A DNA stretch of 64,000 nt, from the NCBI GenBank assembly GCA_016935525.1, contig JAFGQU010000023.1, positions 897 to 64,896 on the forward strand, read 5' to 3'. Positions 9,276 to 18,706 of the stretch are shown here, in pieces. Position 1 is the stretch's first letter; each line of letters begins with the position of its first letter. A program made the translations under genes and the position numbers. This DNA comes from Candidatus Omnitrophota bacterium. GTDB lineage: Bacteria > Omnitrophota > Gorgyraeia > Duberdicusellales > 4484-171. The notes under the pieces were generated by a model. The model worked only from the letters and a program-made list of their open reading frames with translations. It was not told where the DNA came from and did no database searches.

Positions 9276-9743
9276 TTACGCGATACCTTTTTCCTTAAAC
9301 ATGCGCCAGATAATATCGAAAATGCCGACAATACCGAGGATCTTACCTCCGCTGTCGACTACCGCCAGACGTTCTTTTTGATGCATCCGCATGTGTTTGT
9401 ATGCCTGTTCGATAGTCTGCGTCTCTTTCGCCACGACGAAGTGTTTATCCATGATGTCATCGACGATAATCAGGTCGCCCATCGAGGGTACCACGTCAAG
9501 ATCGAATACATCCTGATCCATCTCCATAAACGGCAGGGAACGAAACAGTTTTGCCTGTTGCGGACGCAATATATCGAGAAGATTTTCCGGATAGACCATC
9601 CCAATAAGGATATCTTGATCATCGACAACAGGAATGAGCGGGTGGGTATGGAATTGTTTAAAAATATCCAAAAGAGCGCGTAATGAAGTAGAACGTTTCA
9701 CTTTGATGACGCTGGTGTTCATCACCTCTTTCACATTGACCAT
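9276..9743 (-). CDS. CBS-pair domain protein
   Basis: VKEVM...IPVVD...LIGMV and VDDIM...LAVVD..GKILGIV..DI. Confidence 0.88.
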   Translation of the reverse strand: MVNVKEVMNTSVIKVKRSTSLRALLDIFKQFHTHPLIPVVDDQDILIGMVYPENLLDILRPQQAKLFRSLPFMEMDQDVFDLDVVPSMGDLIIVDDIMDKHFVVAKETQTIEQAYKHMRMHQKERLAVVDSGGKILGIVGIFDIIWRMFKEKGIA

Positions 9744-9775
9744 AACGGTATCCTCCGGTTAAGGGGTATGTATTA

Positions 9776-10231
9776 TCATTTCTCGAACTGACGGATGATC
9801 TGGATCACCTGGTCCGCCGATTCCGCGGACACCAGCGCCTCACGGAACGCGCTGTTCATCAGCAGTTTGGATAATTCGGCAAGGACTCTTAAATACAGGT
9901 TCAGTTCGCGCGGGTCGGCACCCATGAGGAAGATAAGGTTCACCTTTTCCCCGTCAAGCGCGTTAAAATCGATACCTTCTTTTGATTTGCCGAATCCGAT
10001 CACGAACCCTTTTATACTCGCGGTACGGGCGTGAGGGATAGCGACTTTATGGCCGATACCGGTGGAACCGAGAGATTCCCGTTCCAGGATATCTTCGATA
10101 AACTTAGCTTTATCGGCGACTTTTCCGCTTGAAGTAAGTTCTTCGGCGATCTCTCTCACCGCGGCCTCTTTATCGGCGGCGTTAAGGTCCATCACACAAT
10201 AGTTTTTCTTGAGGTATTCGGAAACTTTCAT
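9776..10231 (-). CDS. PTS EIIA domain protein (fructose/Ntr-type)
   Basis: ILERESLGSTGIGHKVAIPHAR with phospho-His; GIDFNALDGEKVNLIF. Confidence 0.9.
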   Translation of the reverse strand: MKVSEYLKKNYCVMDLNAADKEAAVREIAEELTSSGKVADKAKFIEDILERESLGSTGIGHKVAIPHARTASIKGFVIGFGKSKEGIDFNALDGEKVNLIFLMGADPRELNLYLRVLAELSKLLMNSAFREALVSAESADQVIQIIRQFEK

Positions 10232-10262
10232 CGTCTATACTCCTTATCTTGATTGGCTCCGG

Positions 10263-10934
10263 TCACGCGTACGTTTTTATATTCTGTAATAACCCGTAAC
10301 AGAGCAGTTTGTCGCCTTCTTCCAGCACGTCATCGGCATGAGGGAACGCGATCAATCTATTTTCTCTTTGAATAGAAAGGACCAGGATATCTTTTTTGAT
10401 AAACCCGGCCGCCGAAAGGCTTTGGCCGAGCTCTTCGGTATCTTTAGTCATCGTAAGCTGAGCGATCCCGTACCCTTTAGGCAGACGGAACAGTTCTTCC
10501 AGGGTCTGCTGTTCCACCAGCCCTTTGGCGACGATCCGTTTCTCGATGAACCGGTTCAGCCAGACACTGAACTCGCGTAATGTGGTCGCTTTGTAGAGTA
10601 ACGCGATAGATAAGATCAACAGTAACGCTTTCCACAGGTCGTTTAAGATATTATCTTTCCCGAATGAAACGAATAAGCCGGCGATGACCGATACGAACCC
10701 GATCCGGCCTAAGATCATCAACACGATCACGGTCTTACGCCGGATATCGTCTTCCAGGACCGGTTCGGCCTCTTTAGTGGTAAACCCGGTCCCGGTAAAC
10801 GCCGATACCGATTGAAACCACGCGGTCTCCTCATCCAGACCGGTCATCTTAAGGACAACCGTGGCGATGCGCACGATGAGCACGAACAGGATGACGATAA
10901 TGATCAGCGGGATGACGGTAGAGATGATCCCCAT
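10263..10934 (-). CDS. Membrane protein with pore-like helices and C-terminal TrkA-C (RCK_C) domain
   Basis: AWFQSVSAFTGTGFTTKEAE pore-like motif; ILVLSIQR...FPHADDVLEEGDKLLCYG. Confidence 0.8.
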   Translation of the reverse strand: MGIISTVIPLIIIVILFVLIVRIATVVLKMTGLDEETAWFQSVSAFTGTGFTTKEAEPVLEDDIRRKTVIVLMILGRIGFVSVIAGLFVSFGKDNILNDLWKALLLILSIALLYKATTLREFSVWLNRFIEKRIVAKGLVEQQTLEELFRLPKGYGIAQLTMTKDTEELGQSLSAAGFIKKDILVLSIQRENRLIAFPHADDVLEEGDKLLCYGLLQNIKTYA

Positions 10935-10936
10935 AG

Positions 10937-11239
10937 TTATTTAAGCCTTAACGCCAGTTCGACGAGCGTCTGGACAATAAAATTTTTCGCAAACAAAATG
11001 ATCAAAAACGCGATCAACGGAGAAAGGTCGATACCGATTTTCATATTGACCGGCAATATCCTTCTGATCGGATACAGGATCGGTTCGGTCGTCTTATTAA
11101 GGAACTGTACGATCGGGTTATACGGGTCCGGGTTTACCCAGCTGATCAGGGCGCGGATAAGGATCAACCAGTACAGGATGGTCAATACCACGTCCAGTAT
11201 CTTCGCCAGCGAAATAAGGAGATTGCTCAACACAAACAT
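10937..11239 (-). CDS. yggT: YggT family membrane protein
   Basis: LISWVNPDPYNPIVQFL..TTEPILYPIRR...IDLSPLIA. Confidence 0.93.
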   Translation of the reverse strand: MFVLSNLLISLAKILDVVLTILYWLILIRALISWVNPDPYNPIVQFLNKTTEPILYPIRRILPVNMKIGIDLSPLIAFLIILFAKNFIVQTLVELALRLK

Positions 11240-11240
11240 A

Positions 11241-11333
11241 TTTTAGTCTCTAGTCTCTGGTTTCCGGTTTTTAGTCTAACCGCTAGCCGCTAAACGCTTA
11301 CCGCTCGCTATGAGCGTATCGTACGCGAATAGC
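11241..11333. repeat. TAGAGAC/CCAGAGAC and CCGCTA heptamer module
   Basis: Reverse complement shares TAGCGGTTAGACTA with 243-256 and 31204-31217. Confidence 0.7.
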
Positions 11334-12218
11334 TCATTGATAAAGATTATAAGTAACTAACGACGTATCGGCAATGAATTTTTTTGCCTGCGCATATGAG
11401 TTTACCCCCCGGGTAAGTATACAAATAATATAATCCCCTTTGGGAGAAAATACAATACCCGCGTCATGGACCACTCCCCGTTCAAGGCCGGTCTTATGGG
11501 CGACCGTCACCTCATTCGGCAAATACCGCGGGAGCCGGTCGTTGATCTTCTGACTTTTGAGGTAACTGATCATCTCGCCGGACGCGGCTTCATCGACGAG
11601 TTCCTTACGGTACATCCGCTCAAGCAGCGACGAAATATCTCTCGCCGAGGTATAATTTTCAACCCCTTTATCCCGTAAAGAGAAATCCATCATCTTCCTT
11701 TTCAGTACCGTATCTTTAAGGCCTAATTCAGTAAACCCGTTGTTTAAATATTCGTAGCCCAGGAGGCTGATGACCTTATTGGTCGCGGTATTATCGCTGG
11801 ACGCGATCATGATCTTGAGCAGCTCTCTTAAAGAGAACGCGGCCGGCATTTTCATCGCTTTGATGATCCCTGAGCCGCCGGCGATATCTTTACGTCGTAC
11901 CACCACTTTCTCATCGAGCGATAATTTCCCTTCATCGACCGCTTTAAAGACGACCGCCAGTACCGGCACTTTCATCAGGCTCGCGGCGGGAAACAGTTCT
12001 TTTTCGTTCTTGTCCCATTGAGTATAAGGGAACCGCATGTCTTTTATCACACAGGCAAATTCTCCCTGTTGATGTTCGGCAATACCGCTGATGTTTTTTT
12101 CTAAGGAACGGACGAACTTTTTCTGTTGGGAAATAAAGATAAACCCGGCCAGTGCCGCAATCGCCAGGATACAAAAAAAAGTAACGAGTAGTTTTTTAGA
12201 AAAACGGGGTTTTATCAT
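11334..12218 (-). CDS. Class A beta-lactamase-like serine hydrolase, N-terminally anchored
   Basis: PAASLMK (SxxK), SDN, HKTG. Confidence 0.88.
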   Translation of the reverse strand: MIKPRFSKKLLVTFFCILAIAALAGFIFISQQKKFVRSLEKNISGIAEHQQGEFACVIKDMRFPYTQWDKNEKELFPAASLMKVPVLAVVFKAVDEGKLSLDEKVVVRRKDIAGGSGIIKAMKMPAAFSLRELLKIMIASSDNTATNKVISLLGYEYLNNGFTELGLKDTVLKRKMMDFSLRDKGVENYTSARDISSLLERMYRKELVDEAASGEMISYLKSQKINDRLPRYLPNEVTVAHKTGLERGVVHDAGIVFSPKGDYIICILTRGVNSYAQAKKFIADTSLVTYNLYQ

Positions 12219-12259
12219 GATCTTAACCGGGATAACGGTTTTTACATAATCGCGTTTTT

Positions 12260-13774
12260 TCAGGAAGAGATCATCCGGTCTTTAGGATCACTCTTCCATC
12301 CATGAGCCGCGACGATAATCGCGGCAAACAAAGTATACATCAGCCAATCCCGTCCGATAAGGACGATTGCCAGCCACGAATATCCTCCGTAAGGAGTAGT
12401 CAACTCATCACGTAACGTGGAGATCAATAATCCGGTCAAGACCAACGGGGTAACCACTTTGATCGCCCAATCCCACCAGGTACGCAAGCCCCAGGCACTG
12501 TAATGGTTCACATGTTGACGCATCCGCGCGGCGCCAAAGACCCATCCGATGATCACGCATTCCAATATCGCGGCGATCACCAGTCCATATTGCGTCAGGA
12601 AATGGTCGACAATATCCAGCCAGTACAGCCCGGCCTGGGTCGCAAAGATCATCGATCCTAGGAATCCGAACACACATAATACCGATACCACCGCGCCGCG
12701 GGAATAATGGAACTTATCGATGACCGCGGAGGTGAACGCCTCCAGTATCGAGATCGCCGATGAAAGCCCGGCGATCACCAGGATCCCGAAAAAGATAACG
12801 CCGAACAGACGGGGAAAATACGGCAGCAGGCTGATCGCTTTGGGATAGGCGACAAACGCCAGGCCGATCGACTGGCTGACGACATCGCCGACCTCTTTAG
12901 AAGTCGTCTGGGCCATATATCCTAATATAGAAAACACGCCTAACCCCGCAAACAGGGAAAACAGGCAATTAGTGAAACTGATCACGCAGGAATCTTTGAC
13001 GATCTCGCTTTTACGCGGCAGATACGAAGCATAGGCGATCATGATTCCGAATCCCAGGCTTAGCGTAAAAAATATCTGACTGAACGCGTCCATCCATACC
13101 TGGATATCACTGAGGCGCGAGAAATCAGGCCGCAGATACACAAGGAGCCCTTCTCGCGCGCCGGGCAGGCCCAGGCTCCATACTACGATCACGCCCGTCA
13201 AAATGAAGAGTATCGGCATGAATATCTTATTCGCCCGTTCCAGGCCTTTTTGTACTCCTTTATAGACGATCAACCAGCTTAACAGCCAGACCAGCAGCAG
13301 GGAAAACAAAATCGGTGTGCGTAATATCCCGATAGAAAAGGGGGTTTCCCCTACCATCAGGAATTTTTGAAAGAAAAACGTATCGGGATCGGCGCCCCAG
13401 CCCAGGTTAAACGAAAAGAAGAAGAAACTTACGCACCAGGCAATCACTACCGAATAGTAAAGGACGATACCGAACATGACAAAAATCACCTGCCACCATC
13501 CCAGCCATTCCGCCCTCCGGGAGACACCCGCCAGGCTCGCCGGAGACGAACCGCGCATCTTGTGTCCCAGTCCTATCTCTAATATCATCAGCGGTATCCC
13601 CACCACGATAAGCGCGACGAAATAAGGGATAAGAAAGGCGCCGCCCCCGTTTTTATAACACAGGTACGGGAACCGCCAGATATTGCCCAGGCCTATCGCC
13701 GAACCGATCGCGGTAAACAGAAACCCGATATGCGATTTCCATTGCGGCCGGTGATGGGCAAGATGTTCGTTCAT
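12260..13774 (-). CDS. Sodium-dependent transporter (NSS/SNF family)
   Basis: IGSAIGLGNIWRFPY...NGGGAFLIPY, QIFFTLSLGFG..IAYASY. Confidence 0.95.
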   Translation of the reverse strand: MNEHLAHHRPQWKSHIGFLFTAIGSAIGLGNIWRFPYLCYKNGGGAFLIPYFVALIVVGIPLMILEIGLGHKMRGSSPASLAGVSRRAEWLGWWQVIFVMFGIVLYYSVVIAWCVSFFFFSFNLGWGADPDTFFFQKFLMVGETPFSIGILRTPILFSLLLVWLLSWLIVYKGVQKGLERANKIFMPILFILTGVIVVWSLGLPGAREGLLVYLRPDFSRLSDIQVWMDAFSQIFFTLSLGFGIMIAYASYLPRKSEIVKDSCVISFTNCLFSLFAGLGVFSILGYMAQTTSKEVGDVVSQSIGLAFVAYPKAISLLPYFPRLFGVIFFGILVIAGLSSAISILEAFTSAVIDKFHYSRGAVVSVLCVFGFLGSMIFATQAGLYWLDIVDHFLTQYGLVIAAILECVIIGWVFGAARMRQHVNHYSAWGLRTWWDWAIKVVTPLVLTGLLISTLRDELTTPYGGYSWLAIVLIGRDWLMYTLFAAIIVAAHGWKSDPKDRMISS

Positions 13775-13805
13775 ATCTATCCTCTTATTCTTTAATCACT
13801 GTCAT

Positions 13806-13833
13806 CAGGCATCCCGATATATCGGGACGCCTG
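13806..13833. repeat. GC-rich REP-like palindrome
   Basis: CAGGCATCCCGATATATCGGGACGCCTG. Confidence 0.6.
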
Positions 13834-13894
13834 TTCGTAAAAAATTATATCAAAAACCCCGGGATTGTAAATATATAGGGATAACTGGAAGGGT

Positions 13895-14006
13895 TTCCCC
13901 GTTGTCCCGTTCGCCCGTTATCCCGTTAGAGATTCAGTATTATATCCCCGCTCACTGTTCTTTACTATTTGAACGGGCTGACGCGAGCACGGGAGAACAC
14001 GCGAAC
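13895..14006. repeat. CCCGTT 8-bp-period module (inverted pair)
   Basis: CCCCGTTGTCCCGTTCGCCCGTTATCCCGTTAG; reverse-complement relative at 31241-31286 and a fragment at 61051-61072. Confidence 0.65.
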
Positions 14007-14015
14007 TTTAATAAA

Positions 14016-14201
14016 TTATAATCTGAAGAAGAATCTCATAAACGGATCGTCAAACTGTCGTTGAGAACGGCGGTAATAAGAGTTGAGCGCGATGAAAAAA
14101 GTCCCGATCATTATCAACAGAAACGCTACAATAAGAGAGAGCAATTGCGGATAGACCGCGATCAAAACACCGGCGACGATAAACGTGATCCCTGCGATCA
14201 T
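14016..14201 (-). CDS. Small membrane protein (DUF3096-like), 61 aa
   Basis: AAGGAGG RBS before ATG 14201; IVAGVLIAVYPQLLSLIVAFLLIMIG. Confidence 0.75.
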   Translation of the reverse strand: MIAGITFIVAGVLIAVYPQLLSLIVAFLLIMIGTFFIALNSYYRRSQRQFDDPFMRFFFRL

Positions 14202-14363
14202 ATTTCCTCCTTCAATGAGCAGACGATCTACGGAACAAAGTGATCGTAAATCGTAGTCCGTAAGGACGTCTGCGAATTGAACCCTTGACACTTTTGCACA
14301 AAAGCGTCAAGGGTATACTGCGGTCATACAACTTATATTCGTTTCTCTCTATAAGTTGTGACC
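14202..14363 (-). promoter_or_regulatory. Conserved three-hairpin leader element, copy 1
   Basis: Homologous to 31752-31901 with compensatory stem changes; ends at the RBS. Confidence 0.75.
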
Positions 14364-15019
14364 TTATTATATTTCTCCAAAAACTTCGCCATATCTTCGG
14401 GCAGATCTATTTCAAACCGTAGGAATTTATGAGTAACCGGATGATAAAACCGTAAATAAAACGCGTGTAATGCCAGCCGCCGGAATTTTACGGGAAAATC
14501 ACGCCCATATGCGTATTTGCGTTCGCCCAGTATCGGATGGCCGATACCCTTTAATTGGATACGTAACTGGTTTGTCCGGCCCGTGAGCGGAATAAGTTCC
14601 AGGACACAGAAATTACGGTACTGGCGCCTCACTCTATATCCGCTATGCGCCGGCTTTGCTTTTTCCCGATACCGTTTACCTTCGCTATCGATGATGGAGC
14701 CTTTCAATATGCCTTTGGGCCTTTTCAACCGGCCCTGGACAAACGCGATATATTTTTTTTCGACTGACCGCTCGCGGAACTGGTTGGAGATCAACGACTG
14801 GATATGGGCACTTTTGGCGTAAATGATCAATCCGGTCGTTTCCCGGTCAAGACGATGACAGGGCAGAGCTTTTTGTTTTTTTTCGCCAAGCTCATCGTTA
14901 AGAAGCGAAGTTAACGTATATTTTTCTTTTTTCGGGCTGGGTTGAACGAGAAGTTTCGCTATTTTATTCAACACGATAAGATGTTCGTCTTCAAAAACTA
15001 TTGTATAAGGTATGTTCAC
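14333..15019 (-). CDS. RluA-family pseudouridine synthase
   Basis: CHRLDRETTGL, TGRTNQLRIQL..IGHPILGERKY, LALHA. Confidence 0.92.
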   Translation of the reverse strand: MNIPYTIVFEDEHLIVLNKIAKLLVQPSPKKEKYTLTSLLNDELGEKKQKALPCHRLDRETTGLIIYAKSAHIQSLISNQFRERSVEKKYIAFVQGRLKRPKGILKGSIIDSEGKRYREKAKPAHSGYRVRRQYRNFCVLELIPLTGRTNQLRIQLKGIGHPILGERKYAYGRDFPVKFRRLALHAFYLRFYHPVTHKFLRFEIDLPEDMAKFLEKYNKVTTYREKRI

Positions 15020-15028
15020 AGGTATATC

Positions 15029-15391
15029 CTATATTTTCTTAAAACCGTACACGCAGATACTTCCCACCAACGCGCCGGCAATATTACACGCGATATCGAA
15101 GATATCAAACGACCTAAGAGGGAGAAAATATTGTATACATTCCAAAGTAAACCCAAAGAGCACGGTAAAGATAAACGCCCGTATTATATTGCTTTTAGTC
15201 CCGGAAGGACTTAAAGCGTTTGCGGTAAGTATCGCTAAGACTAAATATGCCAGGCTGTGGACAATCTTATCTACCGGCACCTCTTTCGGCGCCGGCATAT
15301 CGAGAGGGACCACCGACATGACGATAAGCGTGAGCGAATACACAAGAAAGATCACTTTGAGAACATTTTTTTTCAGACTATTCGTGTTCAT
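15029..15391 (-). CDS. VanZ family membrane protein
   Basis: DKIVHSLAY, ECIQYFLPLRSFDIFDIACNIAG. Confidence 0.85.
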   Translation of the reverse strand: MNTNSLKKNVLKVIFLVYSLTLIVMSVVPLDMPAPKEVPVDKIVHSLAYLVLAILTANALSPSGTKSNIIRAFIFTVLFGFTLECIQYFLPLRSFDIFDIACNIAGALVGSICVYGFKKI

Positions 15392-15396
15392 ATTTT

Positions 15397-16188
15397 TTAT
15401 CCTTTATACGGTAATTCTATCGAAAACCCGTCATACGCGCAGATGATATTCAAGCCGGTTTCCTTACGCGATCTTTCTTCCATCTTTCTTAAATTCATTT
15501 TGATCAAACCCATCCCGAAATGGGTCAATACCGCCAGTTTCGGCTTGATCTTCTTGACGATCTCTATGGCTTCGGGGAGGCTTAAATGGTCGTACTGGTC
15601 ACGAGGTTCTTTGAACACGACGTTTAAGATCAATACGTCCGAATCACGATAGGTGTCGATAAGTCCGCCAAAATATTTCGTATCGGACACAAGGGAAACG
15701 GTCTGGCCGGCAATATAAAATTTCAGTCCGTAGGTCTCCACCGAATGCCGGTTTCGGCAGGGAACCTCAAAGGTTATATCTCCTACCGTAAATTTCCCCG
15801 GTTTCAATTCACTGACCGTTTCCGGATATTTCTTCACGTATTCAAAGATGACGCCGCCGAGCGGGTCAAGCGCTTCACGCGGCGCATAGACCGCGCCTCT
15901 TTTTTTAAATCCGCCTTCGGTCATCGCTTCGATCATCACGTTGATATCGTTAGAATGGTCAAGATGCTGGTGAGTAAGGATGACCGCATCCAGCGTGGTC
16001 GCATCGAGTTTCGGTCTCGCCCGGGCACAACGTACGAGTGCGCCCGGCCCCGGATCGATCATGATATCGGTATCGCGATAGCGCAGCCACATCCCGCCGG
16101 AAGAACGCAGTTGCTTGATCATCACAAACCGGGCTCCGGCCGTCCCTAAAAATTTGAAAAAATGTTTATGTTCACGTTTCGGTTTCAT
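15397..16188 (-). CDS. MBL-fold metallohydrolase
   Basis: FLGTAG, IDPGPG, THQHLDH, SDT, THFG. Confidence 0.9.
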   Translation of the reverse strand: MKPKREHKHFFKFLGTAGARFVMIKQLRSSGGMWLRYRDTDIMIDPGPGALVRCARARPKLDATTLDAVILTHQHLDHSNDINVMIEAMTEGGFKKRGAVYAPREALDPLGGVIFEYVKKYPETVSELKPGKFTVGDITFEVPCRNRHSVETYGLKFYIAGQTVSLVSDTKYFGGLIDTYRDSDVLILNVVFKEPRDQYDHLSLPEAIEIVKKIKPKLAVLTHFGMGLIKMNLRKMEERSRKETGLNIICAYDGFSIELPYKG

Positions 16189-16651
16189 CTTTAAGCCATA
16201 TCTTACGCAACTCTTCGGTGATTTCTTCCTGCACCGAGAGGCTGATATTTTTTTCTACTACCCCATCTTCTTTTTCTATCCGTTTCTGTTTTTCCGTCAA
16301 AAACTCGCCGGCGCGGACTATCCGCGCCCCGGCAGTACGCGCGCACTGCAGTATCTCCCGGTCGTCACTGACCACAACGATCTGTTTTTTGTTTTTCGCG
16401 CGTGCGATCTTCTCTTTGATCACATCATCCGCGCTTCTTTCCATGCTGAAAACGATTGAAAACTCTTTTTCCTGCAAAAACTCGTCATAATGGGGGCCGC
16501 CGTCAAAGACGATCGTCACTTTATTATTACGGCTCCCGGTAAGATTTTTACGTTTTATGTAATAAACGAATTCCTGACGCGGCGAAGCCGATTTTTTTAT
16601 TTCATCGCTTTTATGGATTACGTTGTACCCATCGATGAGATACCATAACAT
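16172..16651 (-). CDS. NYN domain (YacP/Rae1-like) ribonuclease
   Basis: IDGYNV, IVFDG, SADDVI, VVSDDREI. Confidence 0.88.
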   Translation of the reverse strand: MLWYLIDGYNVIHKSDEIKKSASPRQEFVYYIKRKNLTGSRNNKVTIVFDGGPHYDEFLQEKEFSIVFSMERSADDVIKEKIARAKNKKQIVVVSDDREILQCARTAGARIVRAGEFLTEKQKRIEKEDGVVEKNISLSVQEEITEELRKIWLKDETET

Positions 16652-17564
16652 AGACTAACCCTCCGATAAGGCTCATGATCACAAGAAACGAGAAATTCAG
16701 AAGAGACATGCCTAAACTCGCCGGTTGCGCGACGCCTATTTTGGCAAACAGGTATACCATTGCCACCTCTCGCGTCCCCAGCCCCGCGATGGTCACCGGG
16801 ATACAGGCGATGAGCATTGCCAGCGGGACAAATACAAAAAAATAGACCATATCCGCCTGGACGAATAATCCTTTGGCAAGATAATAGAAACTGAGGCTGT
16901 TTAATATCTGGATGATCAACGAATATATAAAAACAGTCTTGAAGAATATCGAAGGGTTCCTGCGGATGATATCGAACTCGCCGTGGAACTCTTTTACCCG
17001 CCGATTGAGCCCGGCGTATCTGAAGGATATTTTTTCCAGCATCAAAAAAAAGAAACGATGAAAAAGGACGAACAGCACACCTACCCCTAGAATCGCCATC
17101 ACCCCTACTCCGATACCCAGTTGGGGTTCGTTCACGATTTCGGCACCCCAAAGATACGCGATCACGGTTATAAAAGATAACGCGACCATACCGCTTGCCC
17201 GGTCCATGATGACCGATGCGGCGATCTTCCGGGGAGCCCGGATGTGTTGAGTCAGAAGTAACGTGCGGGCGGCGTCTCCGGCGATAAGCGAAGGGAAAAA
17301 TAAGTTAAAGAAATTACCGGAAAGGAACGTATAGACCGCCTCGCGCGCGGATATATGTATTCCCAGATGGGTGAGGACAAACCGCCAACGTAACGACGCC
17401 AGGATATGGTCGAGGAATAAAAGGCCGAAACCGATAAGGATGAATATTTTCCGGGAATGCGTGAAAAGAGAAAGGACTTCCCGGTAAGGGACAAATTTGA
17501 AAAGGACGTACAATATTCCCAGGGCGATCACGACCCGGAAAATGAAAAATAGCTTTTTCTTCAA
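16611..17564 (-). CDS. UPF0104 / lysylphosphatidylglycerol synthase TM-domain (flippase-like) protein
   Basis: SLRW, FFNLFFPSLIAGD..R, SVIMDR, IPVTIAGLGTRE. Confidence 0.88.
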   Translation of the reverse strand: MKKKLFFIFRVVIALGILYVLFKFVPYREVLSLFTHSRKIFILIGFGLLFLDHILASLRWRFVLTHLGIHISAREAVYTFLSGNFFNLFFPSLIAGDAARTLLLTQHIRAPRKIAASVIMDRASGMVALSFITVIAYLWGAEIVNEPQLGIGVGVMAILGVGVLFVLFHRFFFLMLEKISFRYAGLNRRVKEFHGEFDIIRRNPSIFFKTVFIYSLIIQILNSLSFYYLAKGLFVQADMVYFFVFVPLAMLIACIPVTIAGLGTREVAMVYLFAKIGVAQPASLGMSLLNFSFLVIMSLIGGLVYVMVSHRWVQRNP

Positions 17565-17573
17565 AATAGTAGG

Positions 17574-18500
17574 TCAGGAACTTATATAGTTTCCCTTTAA
17601 ATAACGGTACGCGCTCATCGCCGCGACCGCTCCTTCGCCGGCGGCGGTAATAAGCTGGCGCAGGGGGCGCCGGCGGCAATCGCCGCAGCTGAAGATCCCT
17701 TTTTGCGAGGTACTCATCTCTTCATCCGAAATAATAAACCCGTGTTCGTCGCAGGCGACCACATCACGAAAAAACCCGGTTGCCGGTTCCATGCCGATGG
17801 CGATAAAGACTCCGTTGACAGAAAAGCGAAAAACCGTCCCGTCTTTTTTCCTGGCGGTCACTTCTTCTACAAAAGCGTCCCCTTTTATCTGGGTAAGTTC
17901 CGATTCAAGACACACTTCTATATTTTTTGTCTCGGTAAGCTCTTTCTGTAAATAATCCAGCGCCCGCAGACGGTCCCGGCGGTGGATAAGATACACTTTA
18001 TTGCACAGCCGCGAAAGATACAGCGCTTCTTCTACGGCGGTATTGCCTCCTCCGATGACACACACGTCTTTATTCTTGAAAAAGAACCCGTCGCATACCG
18101 CGCAATAAGAGACCCCTTTACCTAAAAATTCGGCCTCACCCGCAACGCCCAGTGTCCGCCATGTGGCCCCGCTCGCGATGATGACTGCGCCGAAGATATA
18201 TTCGCCTGCTTCGGTATGTACTGTTATTTTCCCTGTTCCCGGCGCGATCTTTTTGACATCCTCGTGACGCGGGGGAATATCCATCTTTTTTAAAGTCTCA
18301 TTGAGGGATGAGACCAGTTCAAATCCCGTCGCGCCCGGCACGATCCCGATATAGTTGTCAAGCGCGCCTACAAATCCCAGTTGCCCGCCGACCGTTTTCT
18401 TTTCAAAAAGTTCAAAAGTCAAACCGGCCCTGCGGGCATATATACCTGAGGCAATACCCGCAATCCCGGCACCAATAATCGCTAGATCTTTTTTTTCCAT
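17574..18500 (-). CDS. trxB: Thioredoxin-disulfide reductase
   Basis: GAGIAG, GKGVSYCAVCDG, GGGNTAVEEA, HRRD, GIFSCGD. Confidence 0.93.
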   Translation of the reverse strand: MEKKDLAIIGAGIAGIASGIYARRAGLTFELFEKKTVGGQLGFVGALDNYIGIVPGATGFELVSSLNETLKKMDIPPRHEDVKKIAPGTGKITVHTEAGEYIFGAVIIASGATWRTLGVAGEAEFLGKGVSYCAVCDGFFFKNKDVCVIGGGNTAVEEALYLSRLCNKVYLIHRRDRLRALDYLQKELTETKNIEVCLESELTQIKGDAFVEEVTARKKDGTVFRFSVNGVFIAIGMEPATGFFRDVVACDEHGFIISDEEMSTSQKGIFSCGDCRRRPLRQLITAAGEGAVAAMSAYRYLKGNYISS

Positions 18501-18502
18501 GG

Positions 18503-18706
18503 TTATCTTTTAGGACGGCACACGGAAACAAAATATTCCCGAGACCGGTCATAGGTCCGTTCGGCTTCACGCGGGAAAAAACATCCGGGCACTTCATCGT
18601 TTTTCAGATGATACTGGATACATTCACAACAGATTCCTTTACGCGGACAACCCGGATAAGAGCAGGTGCATCTCTCGAGATTCGCTTTTTTATTCGCGCA
18701 ACTCAT
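18503..18706 (-). CDS. Small Cys-rich protein (DUF6485-like)
   Basis: CTCSYPGCPRKGICCECIQYH...PGCFF; ATGA overlap with the def stop codon. Confidence 0.75.
   Translation of the reverse strand: MSCANKKANLERCTCSYPGCPRKGICCECIQYHLKNDEVPGCFFPREAERTYDRSREYFVSVCRPKR

Noticed and set aside
13789-13808. Exact 20-mer TCTTTAATCACTGTCATCAG shared with 36496-36515, considered as a fluoride or Na+ riboswitch fragment
   Set aside because: The rest of either aptamer is missing; it is more likely a piece of the dispersed repeat mosaics.
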